A DNA stretch of 64,000 nt from the NCBI GenBank assembly GCA_017522135.1, contig JAFXAB010000013.1, forward strand, positions 15,375-79,374, written 5' to 3'. How positions within the stretch are numbered: the first letter of the stretch is position 1; every line of letters starts with the position of its first letter. The notes beneath the pieces are model-generated. The model was not told where the DNA came from, made no database searches, and was given only the letters and a program-made list of their open reading frames with translations. The DNA is from Bacteroidaceae bacterium. GTDB taxonomy: Bacteria > Bacteroidota > Bacteroidia > Bacteroidales > Barnesiellaceae_A. Position numbers and translations under genes: made by a program. Positions 59,801 to 64,000 of this stretch are shown here, piece by piece.

Positions 59801-59926
59801 GGTAACGAAATACAAAGCCCCATGGCACAGGTCATCTTGGGAGGTCTGCTCAGTTCTACCCTGCTCAATGCATTTGTTATCCCTATTGTTTACATCTTAA
59901 TGAACCGCAAAAACGTAAAAGTATGA
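56840..59926 (+). CDS. CusA/CzcA family heavy-metal efflux RND transporter
   Basis: 1028 aa with 12-TM RND architecture and the N-terminus MLNKIIEFSLHNRLLV typical of the HME-RND family. Confidence 0.9.
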   Translation: MLNKIIEFSLHNRLLVAVISALILVLGVYSVSKMEVDVFPDLNAPTVVVLTEAPGMAPEEVERLVTYPIETSVNGATGVRRVRSSSTTGFSVVWVEFDWGTDLYLARQITSERLIQLGEMLPEGVGTPTMAPQSSILGEMMIIGLTADSTSLRDIRTIADWTIRPRLLSISGVAQATVIGGEIKEYRIAVDPARMKHYGVTLDEVLAASRNMNNNANGGIIYEYGNEYIVRGDITTTDTEEIGMAVVKRIDGKPIVLSDVADVIISDKAPKLGMASVEAQPAVLITVKKQPKTGTIELTENIEDALAELQKNLPADVKVSTNIFKQSHFINNSINNVKNALAEGAIFVVIVLFFFLMNTRTTIISLTAIPLSVIVSLLTLNALGLTINTMSLGGLAIAIGSLVDDAIVDVENVYKRLRANRLLPVEQQRNTIDIIFEASKEVRMPILNSTLIIMVSFMPLFFLSGMEGRMLRPLGIAFLVALVASTFVALTLTPVLCSYLFNGKKALKEDKEPWVSRKLQGVYNKALSWAINHKRGVLTGSIAVFVVALITFATLGRSFLPPFNEGSFTINVATLPGVSLEESDRIGQQTERLLLEVPEIQTVARKTGRAELDEHALGVNACEIEAPFKLDKRSASEVKAEIREKLGTLSGVSVEIGQPISHRIDAMLSGTKSQIAIKLFGEDLKRMYDYGLQIQNLAAGVEGVVDLNVEQQIERPQLHIVPRRDLLARYGITMPEFVEFINVAMAGEVVSQIYEGDRTFDLTVKMKDENRDTAEQLKEIMIDTPEGKVPLIQVAEIRSAMGPNTINRENVKRKIVVSANVADRDMRSVVDDIRALVDENIKMPEGYYIEYGGQFESEKEASRTLFLASMASILIIFLLLVQQFKSAGQSAIILINLPLALIGGIFVLRFTSGEISIPAIIGFISLFGIATRNGMLLIERYNHLREEGASLNEAVLKGSLDRLNPILMTALTSALALIPLAINGSAPGNEIQSPMAQVILGGLLSSTLLNAFVIPIVYILMNRKNVKV

Positions 59927-61107
59927 AACGATATATCATCCTTATAGCAAGCCTCGCGGCAATGAGCACTATGGCTCAATCACCCATCGAGAGTATCTTG
60001 CAGAGTGTTGCCGACAATAACAATAGTATCAAAGCTACGCAACAAGATGTATCGGCAGCCCAAACAGAACTTTCGGCCGAAAACTGCTTGGAAAACACCT
60101 CATTTGAATTTGAGTACCTATGGGCTGAAAAACAAGTCCCCGGTGGAAACAAATATGGCTTTTCAATCATGCAAGGTTTTGACTTTCCTACTGTTTACGG
60201 CCAACGTCGCAAACTTATCAATGCACAGAATGCATTGGGATCGTCGCAAATAAATTATGTGCGTCAGAGTGTACTGCTTGACGCTCGCAATCTTTACATT
60301 AAGATTGTATACCTCAACAAGCAAATAGAGCTTGTTGCCGAGCGTGAAGAGATAGCTCGCTCACTGGTCGATATGTACAAGACTCGCATGGAGAGTGGCG
60401 ATGCCAACCAACTGGAGGTAAACAAAGTAGAAATCAACCGTTTGAGCCAATCGAGTCAACTAAAGATGCTCATCAACGAGCGTAATGCCGCTATTGCCGA
60501 CCTTGTAGCATGCAATGGCGGTCATGCACTGCCCGTCGCTGCAAAAGAGATGGAGCAATATCCCATTATGGCCATGCCGGCATCACTTGATGAGGTAACT
60601 GCTCAATGGCAAGAGACCGATGCAAACATAAACATGATGCGCAAGCAACAACAGGTAGCCGAGTCGTTCAGCGCAGTATCGAAAGAGGGCTGGATACCGA
60701 AGTTTGAATTGGGTTACAAACAGGCCTACGAAGTGGGAGATATGTTCTACGGATTGGCTGTAGGAGTATCACTGCCCCTATTCAAGACCAGCAATGAGGT
60801 AAAGACAGCACAAGCCCGTGCACTATCGCTCTCACTGCAAAGCGATGTTGCCAATGCCGAGCTAACTGCCGAAGTATCGCAACTCTACAACGAGGCTGTT
60901 ACTTTGAGTGCCGCACTCGAAGATTACACGCTGCTTGCCGAACAAAACAATAGAGAACTCCTATTCAGGGCTCTCGAAGCAGGACAAATTTCACTCATAG
61001 AGTATATGAGCGACATTGCTCAACTCAATGAAGCCGAAGAAAATCAACTAATGCTTGAGTATCAATACTATCTTGCATTGTCAAATCTCGACCGTAATAA
61101 TTTGTAA
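59923..61107 (+). CDS. TolC-family outer-membrane efflux protein
   Basis: 394 aa with a signal peptide and two coiled-coil/OEP repeats. It overlaps the RND gene by 4 nt (ATGA). Confidence 0.8.
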   Translation: MKRYIILIASLAAMSTMAQSPIESILQSVADNNNSIKATQQDVSAAQTELSAENCLENTSFEFEYLWAEKQVPGGNKYGFSIMQGFDFPTVYGQRRKLINAQNALGSSQINYVRQSVLLDARNLYIKIVYLNKQIELVAEREEIARSLVDMYKTRMESGDANQLEVNKVEINRLSQSSQLKMLINERNAAIADLVACNGGHALPVAAKEMEQYPIMAMPASLDEVTAQWQETDANINMMRKQQQVAESFSAVSKEGWIPKFELGYKQAYEVGDMFYGLAVGVSLPLFKTSNEVKTAQARALSLSLQSDVANAELTAEVSQLYNEAVTLSAALEDYTLLAEQNNRELLFRALEAGQISLIEYMSDIAQLNEAEENQLMLEYQYYLALSNLDRNNL

Positions 61108-61129
61108 TAAATCGGTATCTTACATAGGA

Positions 61130-61162
61130 GGGCGACGCATCATGGATGCGTCGCCCTGTTTT
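61130..61162 (+). terminator. Rho-independent terminator after the efflux operon
   Basis: gggcgacgcat pairs with atgcgtcgccc (61130-61156), followed by tgtttt. Confidence 0.7.
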
Positions 61163-61238
61163 GTTAAATGAAAGCAAACTTTATGGATATTCGCCCTAAT
61201 TGTCGTACATTTGCGGTATCATTCACACGCTGCATTAT

Positions 61239-62594
61239 ATGAAAAAACTTCTTGTACTCATCACGTTAGTTACTATAAGCTTGTACAACACAGCCTTAGC
61301 ACAAACCACTACCGAGCAAGCACCTCAACCGATAGAATCATTGTCACTCGATACGGTATACATACCTGCCGGTGCTATAGAACAATTGGGCGACACCCCC
61401 ACAGTGTTTGTACTATCAAAAGGAGAGGAATTTTATCGCAACAAGTATGTGCAAATGACATACATAGGTGTTCCGCTTGTCATCACCGGTGTATTATCGC
61501 AACAATACGTGGCAGGCAAGTTCTACGATCTGCGTAATGCCTACGCCCCCAACTATCATTGCGATATCGACGATTACCTGCAATATGCACCGGGAGTGGC
61601 TACCCTCATCATGAAAGCATGTGGAGTGAAGAGCCGCAGCTCATGGGGGCGAATGATTGTTTCAGATGCTTTCTCGGTTGCTATCATGGCCGCAGCAGTC
61701 AACGGTATGAAGTATTCGGTAGGAACGCTACGCCCCGATGGATCGAGGCACAATTCATTCCCATCGGGTCACACAGCAACCGCCTTTACTGCTGCACACA
61801 TTCTCCACAAAGAGTATGGCGAGGTGAGTCCTTGGATAAGTGTAGGCGGATATACTGTAGCAACCTTTGTGGGCATATCACGCATACTCAACAACCGACA
61901 TTGGATTTCGGATGTACTCGCCGGAGCAGGTATAGGTATTCTCTCTACCGAATTGGGCTATTTTCTTGCCGACCTCATCTTCAAAGAGAAGGCGTTGTAC
62001 GACTTCGGCACGCCCGATTTCTCTATTCCCGAGCGACCCTCACAAATAGGCTTGACTATGGGATTACAATTCCCCCTATCGTCGATAGAGTTAGGCAATG
62101 GTCAACGACTTATCTCGGCAATAGGTAGTCGAATGGGAGTAGAAGGTACTTGGTATATCAACAGCAATTGGGGGATAGGAGGTTCGGCAGCAGTTTCCTC
62201 ACTGCCTACGACACTCGAGAGTCATCCTGAAGAGCTTCTGTCGATTGATGCAGCAACAGTAGCGGCAGGCGTATATGGTTCACTACCATTGGGCGAAAAT
62301 TCACGTTTTCGTGTCTCTATAAAAGCCCTTGCAGGATGCAATTTCATGGCCAACACCCACATTATACCACAAGCTATGATAAGCGACCCTGCCGGATTCT
62401 ACTATGAGACCGGTGTATCTATATCCTTCTTGGCACAACGCCACTTCGGAGCTAACATCTTCTGCGATTACGGAGGGTATACCTTCTCGGCCACACATAG
62501 CGCACAGCCCCAATATGGACTGTATCGCACCGGCCGACACAACTACATGATGCACAACCTTACAGCAGGTATAACAACTTCTATACTCTTCTAA
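61239..62594 (+). CDS. PAP2-family phosphatase with a beta-strand-rich C-terminal domain
   Basis: The start is placed at MKKLLVLITL (the track TTG start is at 61200). The PAP2 motifs are KYSVGTLRPDG, PSGHTATAF and SRILNNRHWISDVLAG. The C-terminal ~190 aa show an alternating pattern and end in ...TSILF. Confidence 0.75.
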   Translation: MKKLLVLITLVTISLYNTALAQTTTEQAPQPIESLSLDTVYIPAGAIEQLGDTPTVFVLSKGEEFYRNKYVQMTYIGVPLVITGVLSQQYVAGKFYDLRNAYAPNYHCDIDDYLQYAPGVATLIMKACGVKSRSSWGRMIVSDAFSVAIMAAAVNGMKYSVGTLRPDGSRHNSFPSGHTATAFTAAHILHKEYGEVSPWISVGGYTVATFVGISRILNNRHWISDVLAGAGIGILSTELGYFLADLIFKEKALYDFGTPDFSIPERPSQIGLTMGLQFPLSSIELGNGQRLISAIGSRMGVEGTWYINSNWGIGGSAAVSSLPTTLESHPEELLSIDAATVAAGVYGSLPLGENSRFRVSIKALAGCNFMANTHIIPQAMISDPAGFYYETGVSISFLAQRHFGANIFCDYGGYTFSATHSAQPQYGLYRTGRHNYMMHNLTAGITTSILF

Positions 62595-62623
62595 CCTCGA
62601 TACTGCTTAATACTACTTATAAG

Positions 62624-62655
62624 AAAGGGGATTGTGCCGTGGCACAATCCCCTTT
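62624..62655. terminator. Bidirectional hairpin between the convergent PAP2 and T9SS cargo genes
   Basis: aaaggggattgtgcc (62624-62638) pairs with ggcacaatccccttt (62641-62655), a 15-bp perfect inverted repeat. Confidence 0.65.
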
Positions 62656-62679
62656 GACTTATCGAATAAGTAATCCTTA

Positions 62680-64000
62680 TTACTTAATAATCACTTTATG
62701 GCTTACACCGTCAACAACTACGATATATACACCGGCGTTGTCCAATGTGATACAAGCCTTACCGTTAGCCACTTGTACCAAGCGACCGTCGATTGTATAT
62801 ACGGCAGCGTTGTTATATTTACCGGTGAAGTTAACTGTCTTATTGATAGACATCACGCGGCATTGGTCGTTGGTGAGCTTGCCTACTGCTGCACCATATT
62901 CGAGCTCTTTGAACTCGGTGTTGTGTACTGTACACTCATTGTAGTTCTTCTCGTTGTAGTCAGCTACAAAAGCTACAACACTCATGTTCTCGGGTTTCCA
63001 ACCTTCGTCGAGAGTGCAAGTATAAGTCACATCGAATTTTTTATCAGTAAATGTCAACTCGTCGCCCCATGTTGCAGTCATCACCTTGCGGATAGCATGA
63101 TTGTGCTTGTAGCTGTTGCCACCACCCGATTGATAGCCTACCAATCCGTTCTCGGTGAGGAAAATATTGATGTGGGGAGCTTTCTCGAGTTCGGCAGCAG
63201 TCTCACCTGTGACTCTTACTGTCAACTCGCGAGTATCCTCGTTATAAACATCTTCTATTTTGAGAGAAATAAATGCAGGTTGATCAAGACAATAGCTGAT
63301 ATAATCTTCTACATCACCCTCACTTGCGGGGAAGAATACAGGAGCTGTAACAGTACCTTGTGCACCTTCGGCACCAAGTTCTTTCAAGCAACGACGGTCC
63401 AACATCGCAGCGGGTGCATAAGTACCACCACCGCCGTAGAACCATAGATACTTGTTCGATGCATCGATGGTATAGGTATCTGTACCGAAACCTGAGTGAT
63501 GCACTACCCATGCCACATCGCTACGATCGGCCAATATTCTATTGAACATCTCATGAACGCGAGGACAGTTGCCACATTGTGCTGTCGAGAAGTTCTCGAG
63601 CAATACCTTGCGAGGTACCAAGTTAGAGAGTGCAGTTACAGCTTTGGTTACTGTATTGTCGGCTTCACTCTCATCTACCATTCCGTTGGGATTTGACACC
63701 GTAACTGTTATATCTTTTGTTCCATCCTCGTTAATCACGAGATTGTCGATACTGAATGTATAGGTTTGGGCATTGGCCAAGCCACCGTAAGCTGTAATGG
63801 TTTGTGTTTGAGCCTCAGCATCGCCTATTTGGTAGGTTACATCGAATGTGTTGATAGTTTGTGTAGCGGCATTCTTTACTTGGCCGGTGAGAGAAAATAC
63901 TTCTCCGGTCTTTACATATTGTTTCACACTTACATCTTCCAATACCAAGTCGTATTGAGGCAAGTTATCGCCGGTGAGCACAAGTTTGATACTGTTGTTA
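62680..64000 (-). CDS. T9SS cargo protein with an Ig/CARDB-like domain and an Omp28-like CxxC domain (5' end beyond the window)
   Basis: The frame stays open to position 64000, and the track start at 63981 is an internal GTG. The motif LLENFSTAQCGNCPRVHE is present, and the C-terminus AGVYIVVVDGVSHKVIIK is typical of a T9SS CTD. Confidence 0.65.
   Translation of the reverse strand, partial: NNSIKLVLTGDNLPQYDLVLEDVSVKQYVKTGEVFSLTGQVKNAATQTINTFDVTYQIGDAEAQTQTITAYGGLANAQTYTFSIDNLVINEDGTKDITVTVSNPNGMVDESEADNTVTKAVTALSNLVPRKVLLENFSTAQCGNCPRVHEMFNRILADRSDVAWVVHHSGFGTDTYTIDASNKYLWFYGGGGTYAPAAMLDRRCLKELGAEGAQGTVTAPVFFPASEGDVEDYISYCLDQPAFISLKIEDVYNEDTRELTVRVTGETAAELEKAPHINIFLTENGLVGYQSGGGNSYKHNHAIRKVMTATWGDELTFTDKKFDVTYTCTLDEGWKPENMSVVAFVADYNEKNYNECTVHNTEFKELEYGAAVGKLTNDQCRVMSINKTVNFTGKYNNAAVYTIDGRLVQVANGKACITLDNAGVYIVVVDGVSHKVIIK

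Overview
This window looks like a chromosomal segment from a T9SS-bearing member of the Bacteroidota, probably Bacteroidales. The supporting signs are TAnnTTTG -7 promoter boxes, an rpmB-rpmG-DUF4295 arrangement, several proteins ending in T9SS C-terminal sorting domains, and Omp28-like proteins. I count about 50 protein-coding genes. I saw no rRNA, tRNA, CRISPR array, integrase or transposase.

Left third (1-20.6 kb): a long minus-strand housekeeping array carries rpmH, 5-formyl-THF cyclo-ligase, an S41 protease, dCMP deaminase, alkaline phosphatase, menD-menF, rimO, ftsY, DUF4295-L33-L28 and menE-menC-menB. It is interrupted by a single plus-strand, AT-richer 855-aa orphan gene.

Middle (20.6-44.6 kb): this part holds a HEXXH membrane protein, threonine dehydratase and a UDG-family glycosylase. 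Then come DsbD and a tightly packed operon of TlpA, a beta-barrel, an Omp28-like CxxC lipoprotein and two T9SS cargo proteins. These are followed by sdaA, an isolated wza-wzc pair, an ABC-F protein, an ECF sigma module, an LMW-PTP, a 690-aa protein with a TerD-like C-terminal domain, and trpS.

Right (44.9-64 kb): two large T9SS cargo proteins are followed by an AT-rich BlaI-BlaR1(TonB)-TonB-C module bracketed by two arrays of a strict 9-bp tandem repeat. After that come a four-helix-bundle protein, small orphan envelope proteins, trxA, a His-rich heavy-metal RND efflux operon, a PAP2 protein, and another truncated Omp28-like T9SS cargo gene.

The best candidates for undescribed biology are:
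- the DsbD/TlpA/beta-barrel/Omp28-like redox cluster and its CxxC paralogue family;
- the 855-aa orphan;
- the TerD-like fusion protein;
- the 9-bp repeat arrays.

All product calls rest on motif recognition by eye. No database search or structure prediction was run.
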